Below, in pieces: positions 6,979 to 15,391 of a stretch of DNA of 35,941 bases. The notes under the pieces were generated by a model. It was not told the origin of the DNA. It saw only the letters and a program-made list of their open reading frames with translations, and did no database searches. Both the position numbers and the translations under genes were made by a program. Numbering within the stretch: the stretch's first letter is position 1; every line of letters begins with the position of its first letter. The DNA comes from Anaerolineae bacterium (lineage in GTDB: Bacteria; Chloroflexota; Anaerolineae; E26-bin7), in assembly GCA_029933115.1 (NCBI GenBank), contig JAOZOT010000004.1, positions 1 through 35,941 of the forward strand, given 5' to 3'.

Positions 6979-8226
6979 ATGAAAAAGGTCATCATTCGCG
7001 ATAAGACAAAGATACCACCTTTCAACGAGCCGGCCAGGGGACTGCGTGTGCTAAACAAGCCTCTCTGGCTCTACCAGCGTGATGTCCTGGCCAAATATTG
7101 TACTATGGAAGTCGAGGTGAACTCTTTTGACGAGATCGCCGTTGACGATGAAGAAGTGCTTGTCTACCGTGACAATCTCTTCTTCGACGGCCCCTTCATT
7201 GATGCTTTCATCTCCGCAGCCCGCGCTTCAGGTAAGGCTTGCCGGGTGGCCTTCGCCCCTGATGATAAAGCTATCGTCGCTCATGCTCTTCCTCTGCAAA
7301 GTGGTATCAGAAGAGAGGGAGACGTTTTCGTCGCTGACCTCTGGTACTTTCCCCGAGGCATTGATGAAAAGCCCATGCCTCTAGTTATTGACACCCAAGC
7401 CACCGAGATTGGCTTCTACAATATTCCGGCCTACATGGCCGCCGACGCCAAAGACCTCGTCTATCACGTTCCTCTCAGAGCTTTTCTCTCGATAGAGAAT
7501 TGGGTGCACATCCTGATGGCCAATTCTCCTTTTGGCATCCTGGCCGAGGGCGCGCGCATGGAGAGGGAATTGACCAAGCCCTCCGTCCAACTGAAGATAT
7601 TGGCCCGCTCTCTCTTGGAGCGCAAGCAGCTTCTCTCCTGCTCGGCTCTGGTCAAAGTAGGCAAAGACACCCAGATTGACCCTACAGCCATCATCCAGGG
7701 GCCGACTCTCATTGGAGATAACGTCAAAATCCACGCCGGGGCGGTGATCGTCAATTCCATCATTGGCAACAACGTCAATGTGATGCAAGGGACCCAATTG
7801 TGCCTTAGCGTAGTCAGCGATGGCTGTTACATGCTTTTTCGTTCGGCCCTTTTCATGAGCGTCCTGATGGAGCGTTCGACGGTGGCCCAGAACGCTTGCT
7901 TGCATTTGTGCGTCATCGGGCGCGACTCCTTTGTCGGTGCCGGTACCACCTTCACCGACTTTAACCTGATCCCCAAACCGCTGCGGACGATGCATCAAGG
8001 AGAGCTCCGCCCGGTGGGGCGCACGGTGATGGGGGGATGTGTAGGCCATAACTGCCGCATCGGCGCCGACCTGACCATCTACCCCTGCCGTACCATAGAA
8101 TCCGACAGCGTGCTGGTCCGCTCTGACGAGCGGGCGGTGATTGTCAAAAACGTCAGCTACGAAGATAGCGATCATCATCGCCTGCGGGAGGGGCATCGCC
8201 ATCCTCGTCTATATCCCAGGGACTAG
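6979..8226 (+). CDS. Left-handed beta-helix (hexapeptide-repeat) protein with a nucleotidyl/acyl-transferase-like fold; function unknown
   Basis: The C-terminal half shows hexapeptide periodicity (IIQGPTLIGDNVKIHAGAVIVNSIIGNNVNVMQGTQL ... VIGRDSFVGAGTTF ... GGCVGHNCRIGADLTIYP). The N-terminal half lacks a canonical GxGTR nucleotidyltransferase motif. I chose the ATG at 6979 (MKKVIIRD) over the upstream TTG at 6922. Confidence 0.55.
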   Translation: MKKVIIRDKTKIPPFNEPARGLRVLNKPLWLYQRDVLAKYCTMEVEVNSFDEIAVDDEEVLVYRDNLFFDGPFIDAFISAARASGKACRVAFAPDDKAIVAHALPLQSGIRREGDVFVADLWYFPRGIDEKPMPLVIDTQATEIGFYNIPAYMAADAKDLVYHVPLRAFLSIENWVHILMANSPFGILAEGARMERELTKPSVQLKILARSLLERKQLLSCSALVKVGKDTQIDPTAIIQGPTLIGDNVKIHAGAVIVNSIIGNNVNVMQGTQLCLSVVSDGCYMLFRSALFMSVLMERSTVAQNACLHLCVIGRDSFVGAGTTFTDFNLIPKPLRTMHQGELRPVGRTVMGGCVGHNCRIGADLTIYPCRTIESDSVLVRSDERAVIVKNVSYEDSDHHRLREGHRHPRLYPRD

Positions 8227-8243
8227 TCAAGTGCTACCCGGCA

Positions 8244-9326
8244 ATGGACAACTTTGCTTTCATCATCCATCCCATTGAGCCCAAGAAGGACGTGGCCCGC
8301 AAGTTCAAGCTCTTTGGCTATCTGCCGACCGGCGTCATTGACTACTTCTGTCTTTTTTACCCGCCGGTGTACATCTCTCACATCACGGGCATCCGTTCCA
8401 TCACCGGGCGCGAGATTGAAGGTTGGTTCGTGGCCTGTCCTCTCACCCCAACGCGGATGATGCAGGTGCCAACCGAAGTAGCCTACCGCAAAATTGTGCA
8501 GACGGGCAAGCTCGCGGAAAAGCTGGGGGCAAAGATCCTGGGGTTAGGGGCTTTCACCTCAGTGGTTGGCGACGCCGGCCTCACCATATCCAAGCGCCTC
8601 TCCATCCCGGTGACCACCGGCAACAGCTACACTGTGGCCGTAGCCATCGAGGCCATACGCGAAGCGGCCAGACAAATGGAGATAACTCTGAGCGAGGCAA
8701 AAGCGGCCGTGGTTGGGGCCACAGGTGCGGTGGGAAGCGTCTGCGCTCAACTGCTGGCCCGGGACGTGGCAGAGATAGCCCTGGTGGGAAGGCGGCTGCC
8801 TCGCCTGGAGGAAATCAAAGCCCACGTCCAGGCCATGGGAGACGCCCATGTGAGCCTGGCCACTGAGATAGAAGCTATCAAAGACGCCGATTTGATCATC
8901 ACGGTGACCAGCGCCATCGAAACCATCATCGAGCCCCATCACCTCAAACCGGGAGCTGTGGTCCTCGATGTAGCTCGCCCTCGCGATGTCTCCCGCCGGG
9001 TGGTGGAAGAGCGGGATGACGTGCTGGTCATCGAGGGGGGGATGGTGGAGGTGCCCGGCCCTGTGGATTTTGGCTTCGATTTCGGTTTTCCCCCCAAGAT
9101 GGCTTACGCCTGCATGGCCGAGGTCATGATCCTGGCCCTGGAAGGGCGTTACGAAAGCTACACCCTGGGGCGGAATATAACGGTGGAGCAAGTGGAGGAG
9201 ATAGCGTCACTGGCCGTGAAGCACGGTTTCAGACTGGGCGGCTTTCGCTCATTTGAACGCGCCGTGACAGGGGAGGAGGTGGAATCAGTCAAAGAGAACG
9301 CCCGTAGAAGAAGGATGAGGCCCTAG
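8244..9326 (+). CDS. COG5322-type NAD(P)-dependent oxidoreductase related to cyanobacterial acyl-ACP reductase (AAR)
   Basis: Collinear motif matches to AAR as I recall it: LGLGAFTSVVGD, TTGNSYTVA, the Rossmann motif VVGATGAVGS, and MAYACMAEVMILALEGRYESYTLGRNITVEQVEEI. The last includes the Cys aligned with the AAR acyl-enzyme Cys. Confidence 0.7.
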   Translation: MDNFAFIIHPIEPKKDVARKFKLFGYLPTGVIDYFCLFYPPVYISHITGIRSITGREIEGWFVACPLTPTRMMQVPTEVAYRKIVQTGKLAEKLGAKILGLGAFTSVVGDAGLTISKRLSIPVTTGNSYTVAVAIEAIREAARQMEITLSEAKAAVVGATGAVGSVCAQLLARDVAEIALVGRRLPRLEEIKAHVQAMGDAHVSLATEIEAIKDADLIITVTSAIETIIEPHHLKPGAVVLDVARPRDVSRRVVEERDDVLVIEGGMVEVPGPVDFGFDFGFPPKMAYACMAEVMILALEGRYESYTLGRNITVEQVEEIASLAVKHGFRLGGFRSFERAVTGEEVESVKENARRRRMRP

Positions 9327-9844
9327 CACGTTACTTGCAGCGCCTCGCTCCTCGTGAGGGCAACCCAAGCTGAATAGAGCCTGCGCCTGACAAAGAGCCT
9401 GCGCAGCAAAGCCCGGCGAATCTGAGCGGGGGCAGGTCTGCTGGGCAGGCTCAAAAGGCAAATCTGCATGTAAACGGGGTTTGCGCAAACAGGTCGGGGG
9501 GCGTAGGGGCCTGCGGCCTGAGCGACTCGACCGAACTCACCGCAGTCTCAGGCCGAGGGCTTGGCCGAACGGTGCCTCCCCGAATTCCTCTCCCTCTCCT
9601 TTCGTTGTGTGAGGCATTACACCCTCTGGGGTGGGGCGACCTGTCCAACCACGGTTAGATGCAGGGCTTCAAAGATGAATCGGCAAGGAGGAAAGAGCGC
9701 CGGATTTGGCGGTAGCAGGGGGCATTTGCAGAGGGCTGACTGGGAATCGGGGGCCGAAGTGTTTTCCCCTGGCCTCGCGAAGGCCCCTTGCTGTTTCAGG
9801 GGGTTTAATGAGAACTCTGCCACAAAAAGTGGAGGTAAGGGACA

Positions 9845-10732
9845 ATGAATAAAGGCAGGATCCTGGTCGTGGAAGATGACCTCGATATCTCCAACATGCT
9901 GCGTATCTATTTCGACTCGCAAGGATATGAGGTCCTCGTGGCCGGACGGGGTGGCGATGCTCTGGAGCTTTGCCGCAAAAAACTGCCCCATGTGGTGGTT
10001 CTGGACATCATGTTGCCCGATATGGATGGCTATGAGGTCTGTAAAAAACTACGCAGCAACCTGCGCACCAGCCACATCCCCATCATGTTTCTGACGCAGA
10101 GGGATGAGCGGACAGACAAGATCGCCGGCCTGGAGCTAGGCGCCGATGATTACATCACCAAGCCCTTCGACATTGAGGAGCTGAAATTCCGCATCCAGAA
10201 CGCGGTTGCACGGACCACCCGTGAGAGCCTGACCAATCCTGTCACGGGGTTGCCCAGCGGCAAATTAATTGAAGAACAACTCAGACTCCTCATGCGGCGG
10301 GAAGGCTGGGCCATCCTGTACATCGGCCTCAGAGATTTTGGGCCTTTCAACGAGGTCTACGGTTTCGTGGCCGGTGACGACGTCCTCCGCTTCACAGCTA
10401 TGGTCATAGGAGATGCCGTTGACGAACTGGGAACGCCCAATGACTTTATTGGGCATACAGCAGCCAACGACTTTGTCGTCATCACAGCGACCGAACGTGC
10501 ACAAGCGATCAAAGAAAAGATCACGGAGCGTTTCGCCACCGAGGTGGGCACCTTTTACAACTTCAAGCATCGGGAACAAGGCTACATCATTGTTCAGGAC
10601 CCCGATGGCCGGGAGAAGCAGGTGCCTCTGATGACTCTGGCGGTGGGCGTCATAGCCTATGACGATGGCCCTTTCGCCGACATAAGAGAGATCACAGAGA
10701 GGGCCGCCGAAGCCAGACGCGAAAGCAAATGA
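9845..10732 (+). CDS. Response regulator: REC + degenerate (probably catalytically inactive) GGDEF domain
   Basis: REC: ILVVEDD, VVVLDIMLPDMDG, DYITKPF. GGDEF-like fold markers are present (NPVTGLPSGK, NEVYGFVAGDDVL). However, the signature reads GHTAANDFVVI instead of RxGG(D/E)EF, and the metal-binding Asp positions read YIGLRDF. GGAGG lies 9 nt before the ATG. Confidence 0.85.
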   Translation: MNKGRILVVEDDLDISNMLRIYFDSQGYEVLVAGRGGDALELCRKKLPHVVVLDIMLPDMDGYEVCKKLRSNLRTSHIPIMFLTQRDERTDKIAGLELGADDYITKPFDIEELKFRIQNAVARTTRESLTNPVTGLPSGKLIEEQLRLLMRREGWAILYIGLRDFGPFNEVYGFVAGDDVLRFTAMVIGDAVDELGTPNDFIGHTAANDFVVITATERAQAIKEKITERFATEVGTFYNFKHREQGYIIVQDPDGREKQVPLMTLAVGVIAYDDGPFADIREITERAAEARRESK

Positions 10733-10768
10733 AAATGCCTCGCGAGGGCATCGGCTCTGTCCGAGATA

Positions 10769-13700
10769 ATGGATGGCGAGCAGCACGTTGCTTTCAGGGA
10801 GTATTCAAAGGTGAAGGTGACCCCTAATAGCAGCACTACTAATAGAATAGACCAGGCCAGGTTAGCCAAATTGTCCTCGCTTAACTTCTCCATTCGAGAG
10901 GGACTGGAAAACCTGTATCAGACCATTGCCCGGGCTGCGGCAGAGATTTTTGAGATGCAAATTTCGGCCGTGATGGTGCTCTCAGAAGACAATCGCTACC
11001 TGGAGATGGCAGCGGCCGTAGGACTGCCAGAGGATACCTCGTCTGGAAAAATCTTCTGCGGGCAGGGGATCTCTGGCAAGGTGGCCGATTCGGGCCGGCC
11101 TTTCGTCACCGATGACATTACCAGATACCTGTCTGAACAGGGCATCGAGGTGGAAAGACACTATCGGGCCGCTTTCGCCTCCGTGCCGATGATGGCGGGC
11201 GGGCGCATCATTGGCGTTCTCAACGTCTGCGACCCCCAAAATGGCGCGGCGATCACTGAGCACGACCTGAGCCTCCTCACCATAATGGCCAACCAGGCAG
11301 CCACCGCCATCAACAACGCTCGTCTTTACACCAACCTCCAGCGCCGTGTTGATAACCTGGCTGTGATCAACGAAATAGGGCGGGCCATCAGTGCCATGCT
11401 CGAACCAGAAACACTCCTGAGTACTATCGTCGAGACCAGCGCTCAGCTTCTGGATTGTGATTACGCGACCATCTTCCTGCCTGACCAACATGATGGGTAC
11501 TTTGTCCCCCGGATGAGCTACAGATATGAACTGGAGGAGGCAAAGCGCCTTCACTTTGCCCCTGGTGAGGGACTAGTCGGTCACGTGGCTGCAACGGGTG
11601 AGGCGTTGATTGTGCCCGATACCAGCACCGACCCACGCTTCTCGCCTGGGCCCGTCGAGGTGGGTTCCATGCTGGTGGTTCCCCTGTCTACCAGGGACAA
11701 GGTGATAGGAGTATTGACGGCCGAAAAGAAGGAAAAAGAGGGGTTTGACGTCACCGATCAACTCCTCCTATCCACCCTGGCCGATCAAGCGGCTATCGCT
11801 ATCGAGAACGCTCGCCTCTACGATTCTGAGCAGGCCCGGCGGCGTTTGGCCGATACTTTACGCCAGGTGTCGGAGGTGGTGAGCTCCACTCTGGAACTCA
11901 GCGAGGTTCTGGAATTGATCCTGGACCAACTGCGAAGGGTGGTGGACTATGACAGTGCCTCCATCCAACTCCTGGTGGGAGATCGCCTGGAGATTATCGC
12001 CGGCCGGGGCTTTGCCGATGTGGATAAGGTGATTGGGCTTTCCTTCCCCCTCGATGGCCATAACCCCAATCGCCACGTCATCGCTGAAAAGAAATCCCTG
12101 ATCATACCCGATGCTCCGGCTGTTTATGAAGCCTTCCGTCAAGAACCTCACTCCCACATCCGCTCCTGGTTGGGGGTGCCCCTGCTGTTCAAGGACAAAG
12201 TGATAGGCATGATCGCGCTGGACAAGACGACGGTGAATTACTACACCGAAGAAGATGCGCGCTTGGCTATGACTTTTGCCCTTCAAGCTGCTGTAGCCCT
12301 GGAGAACGCCCGTCTTTATAAAGAAGTACGTCAACGAGCGGCTCAACTGGAGGCCACGAGCGAAGTTGGCCGACGTATCATCTCCATCCTCGACCTCGAT
12401 GAATTGCTCCACCAGGTAGTCGAACTTATCCGGCAGATTTTGGGCTACTATCACGTCCACATCTTCCTCGTTGATTCCGCGGCCAACGAGGCTGTTTTCC
12501 AGGCGGGCGCCGGCAAGATCGGACGGCTCATCGCAGAACAAGGCGGGGTGCGCCTTAAGATCGGCGAGCAGGGCATCATCGGCTGGGTGGCCGGTGCCGG
12601 CCAGCCTTTGCTGGTGAACGACGTCTCGCAAGAGCCAAGATATGTGCCTAACAAAGCCCTGCCTGACACCAAATCCGAACTGGCAGTGCCATTGAAGATC
12701 GGAGAGCGAGTCATTGGCGTCCTGGACGTACAAAGTGATGAACTGGGGGCTTTTAACGCCGAGGACATAGCTATATTGCAGACCTTGGGCGATCAGGTAG
12801 CCATCGCCATCGAGAACGCACGCCTGTACAAAGAGCTCACTCGCTCTGCCCAAGAGTTGGAACAAAAGGTTGAGGAGCGAACTGAGGAGCTGGCCCAGGC
12901 CCTCAGAGACCTCACTGCGGAACGCGACCATGTTGAGACCCTTTACCGCATCACCAGAGACCTGGGAATCAGCCTGGACCTCGATCGGGTTTTGATTCAG
13001 GCTCTGGCTCTGATTAATGAGGCCGTGGGAGTGGAGCACGGCTCCATCATGCTGCTCGATCACGAATCGGGTAACCTCATCTACCGTGCGGCTCTGGGCC
13101 GTGATAAGCCTCTGCCGCGCGGAGGCAAGATGACGGACTTTAGAAAAGGTGTGGGACTGGCCGGCTGGGTCCTGGAGCACCAGGAACCGGTCATCATCGA
13201 GGATGTATCCAAAGATGAGCGCTGGCTGGTGCGCCCCGGCCAGGAGCGGGTGAGCAAAGCGACTCTGGCTGTGCCCCTGGTGACGGACGGAGATGTTCTG
13301 GGGGTCCTTCTCCTCCACCATCCTCAGCCGGGCTATTTCAACGAGACCCATCTCAAGCTGGTCTCGGCGGCGGCCAGTCAGGTTGCCGCATCCATCAACA
13401 ATGCCGAACTCTACCGCATGATCAGAGAGTCGGCCGAGAGGCTAGGGGGCATGTTGCGTGCCCAGCAAGAGGAAGCCTCAAAGAGCCGCGCCATCCTGGA
13501 AGGCATCGCCGACGGGGTAATGGTCGCCGATGCCCGGGGCGACATTATCCTGCTTAACGCGGCGGCCGAAGAGATCCTGGGTGTTTCGCGGGAGGAAATT
13601 ACCGGCCGACCGATATATGAACTGAGCGGCCTCTACGGGGCAGAAGGCGACACCTGGCTCGCCCTGGTAAGGGAATGGGCCCAGGCCCTGCCGGCAGAAG

Positions 13701-15316
13701 GCGAGCCCGCGACCTTCGAGAGCCGCTTTGAAACCGAGGAAAAGGTAGTCAATGTGCACATGGCGCCGGTGTTGATGGGAGATGAATTCCTGGGCACAGT
13801 CTCTGTCTTCCGGGACATCACCAAAGAAGTAGCCATTGACCGCATGAAAAGCGAACTTATTTCCACCGTCTCTCACCAACTGCGCACTCCCATGACCTCC
13901 ATCAAAGGCTACACCGACCTGCTTTACCTGGAAACAGTGGGAGAAATCAACGAAGCTCAAAGGCGGTTCCTGAGCATCATCAAGTCCAACGCCGACCGCC
14001 TGGCCCTCCTGGCCAATGACTTGCTGGACATCTCGCGGATTGAAACCGGGCGGATCAGACTCAACCCCGAATTCCTCCACATAAGCGACATCATCGAAGA
14101 AATCGCTGCCTCCCTCCGAGGGCAAATTGAAGAGAAGGGCCTCAGCCTGAAGCTGGATATACCAGAAGGGCTGCCCCCGGTGTACGGGGATCGTGGCCGG
14201 GTGACTCAGATTTTGACCAACCTGGTTGACAACGCCCGCCAGTATACCCCATCTGGTGGTCAGATTACCGTCTCTGCCCAACTCAAAGACGGCCTCTTGC
14301 AGGTGAGCGTGGCGGATACGGGCATCGGCATCGCTCCTGAAGAGCAGGAGAAAATCTTTGATCGCTTCTACCGGGCCGATCACCCCCTTGTACAAGAGGT
14401 AGCCGGGACGGGCCTGGGCTTGCCTATCGCCAAGGCCTTCGTGGAAATGCACGGTGGCGAGATTTGGGTCGAGAGTGAGCCCGGCCAGGGAAGCACCTTC
14501 AGCTTTACCCTGCCTCTTGCAGAGAGGAAGAGGGAAGAGGAACTCACCCCCTTGCCTGTGTCCCTGGCTCCCTCCAAACAAATTCTGGTCGTGGAAGATG
14601 AGCCGGACATCGCAGAGTTGATTCGCTATCACCTGGAAGGCAACGGGTACAGAGTGACAACTGTCGCTCGGGGCGAAGAAGCCCTGGCCAAGGCCCACCA
14701 GGACAGACCAGACCTGATCACTTTGGACATCCGTCTCCCCGACATGGACGGCTTCGAAGTGCTGCAACAATTGAAATCCGATGAGGAAACGGCCGATATT
14801 CCGGTGGTGATCCTATCCATCGTGCCAGACCAGGGGGATGGTTTCCGCCTCGGAGCCGTTGATTACGTGACCAAGCCCGTTGACGAGGGAAGGCTGCTCT
14901 CGGCCATCGGCGCTATCCTGTCCAAGGAAGACTTGATCCTGGTGGTTGACGATGACCGAGACACCACAAGATTGGTACAGGAAGTGCTGGTCAGAGCCGG
15001 TTTTACAGTGAGGACAGCCAACAATGGATTTGAGGCCCTGGTCATAGCTCGGCGGGAGCAGCCCGGGTTGATCCTTCTGGATCTGAAGATGCCCGGCCTG
15101 GATGGCTACGAGGTCCTCAGACGCCTGAAGCAAGACAGGACCACACAAAACATACCCGTCGTGGTCGTGACCGGCAGCGTCACCGATGAAGAGGTAAAGC
15201 GCCAAAAAGTTTTGGCCCTGGGGGCAGCCCAGTTCTTAACCAAACCCTTTGCTATTGATGACTTTGTCGAGGAGATAAGGCGGGTTATGAGCGCTCCCGG
15301 CCCGATAGTCAGCTAA
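10769..15316 (+). CDS. Giant hybrid sensor histidine kinase: 5 x GAF - PAS - HisKA - HATPase_c - REC - REC
   Basis: Five GAF modules each end in an xENARLY-type helix (AINNARLY, AIENARLY, ALENARLY, AIENARLY, SINNAELY). PAS starts at ILEGIADGVMVAD. H-box SHQLRTPMTSIKGY, N-box NLVDNARQY, G-boxes DTGIGI / GTGLGL. Two receivers are present (ITLDIRLPDMDG; ILLDLKMPGLDG). The start is uncertain: ATG 10769 has no SD, and in-frame GTG 10811 is preceded by AGGGAG. Confidence 0.9.
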   Translation: MDGEQHVAFREYSKVKVTPNSSTTNRIDQARLAKLSSLNFSIREGLENLYQTIARAAAEIFEMQISAVMVLSEDNRYLEMAAAVGLPEDTSSGKIFCGQGISGKVADSGRPFVTDDITRYLSEQGIEVERHYRAAFASVPMMAGGRIIGVLNVCDPQNGAAITEHDLSLLTIMANQAATAINNARLYTNLQRRVDNLAVINEIGRAISAMLEPETLLSTIVETSAQLLDCDYATIFLPDQHDGYFVPRMSYRYELEEAKRLHFAPGEGLVGHVAATGEALIVPDTSTDPRFSPGPVEVGSMLVVPLSTRDKVIGVLTAEKKEKEGFDVTDQLLLSTLADQAAIAIENARLYDSEQARRRLADTLRQVSEVVSSTLELSEVLELILDQLRRVVDYDSASIQLLVGDRLEIIAGRGFADVDKVIGLSFPLDGHNPNRHVIAEKKSLIIPDAPAVYEAFRQEPHSHIRSWLGVPLLFKDKVIGMIALDKTTVNYYTEEDARLAMTFALQAAVALENARLYKEVRQRAAQLEATSEVGRRIISILDLDELLHQVVELIRQILGYYHVHIFLVDSAANEAVFQAGAGKIGRLIAEQGGVRLKIGEQGIIGWVAGAGQPLLVNDVSQEPRYVPNKALPDTKSELAVPLKIGERVIGVLDVQSDELGAFNAEDIAILQTLGDQVAIAIENARLYKELTRSAQELEQKVEERTEELAQALRDLTAERDHVETLYRITRDLGISLDLDRVLIQALALINEAVGVEHGSIMLLDHESGNLIYRAALGRDKPLPRGGKMTDFRKGVGLAGWVLEHQEPVIIEDVSKDERWLVRPGQERVSKATLAVPLVTDGDVLGVLLLHHPQPGYFNETHLKLVSAAASQVAASINNAELYRMIRESAERLGGMLRAQQEEASKSRAILEGIADGVMVADARGDIILLNAAAEEILGVSREEITGRPIYELSGLYGAEGDTWLALVREWAQALPAEGEPATFESRFETEEKVVNVHMAPVLMGDEFLGTVSVFRDITKEVAIDRMKSELISTVSHQLRTPMTSIKGYTDLLYLETVGEINEAQRRFLSIIKSNADRLALLANDLLDISRIETGRIRLNPEFLHISDIIEEIAASLRGQIEEKGLSLKLDIPEGLPPVYGDRGRVTQILTNLVDNARQYTPSGGQITVSAQLKDGLLQVSVADTGIGIAPEEQEKIFDRFYRADHPLVQEVAGTGLGLPIAKAFVEMHGGEIWVESEPGQGSTFSFTLPLAERKREEELTPLPVSLAPSKQILVVEDEPDIAELIRYHLEGNGYRVTTVARGEEALAKAHQDRPDLITLDIRLPDMDGFEVLQQLKSDEETADIPVVILSIVPDQGDGFRLGAVDYVTKPVDEGRLLSAIGAILSKEDLILVVDDDRDTTRLVQEVLVRAGFTVRTANNGFEALVIARREQPGLILLDLKMPGLDGYEVLRRLKQDRTTQNIPVVVVTGSVTDEEVKRQKVLALGAAQFLTKPFAIDDFVEEIRRVMSAPGPIVS

Positions 15317-15332
15317 ATGGGCCGGGCGGTAT

Positions 15333-15342
15333 GACTTCAGTC
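15333..15342. repeat. Short copy of the GACTTCAGTC hairpin core of the REP-like family
   Basis: tatGACTTCAGTCgct lies in the 75-nt gap between two kinase genes. It shares the core with the elements at 30850-30870 and 35882-35902. Confidence 0.4.
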
Positions 15343-15391
15343 GCTCCAACGGCTAGGGCTGTCGCACCAACTGACAAATTGAGGTGAAGCC

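Noticed and set aside
9561-9991. ORFs of 95 aa (+) and 124 aa (-) in or overlapping the 518-nt intergenic region.
   Set aside because: They have no motifs and no SD. The minus-strand ORF runs antisense into the REC coding sequence, and the composition is not coding-like.
11858-14770. Two very long minus-strand ORFs (497 aa at 11858-13351 and 430 aa at 13478-14770) inside the giant kinase gene.
   Set aside because: They are antisense to unambiguous GAF/PAS/HisKA/HATPase sequence and have no motifs or SD/start context of their own. They are frame shadows.
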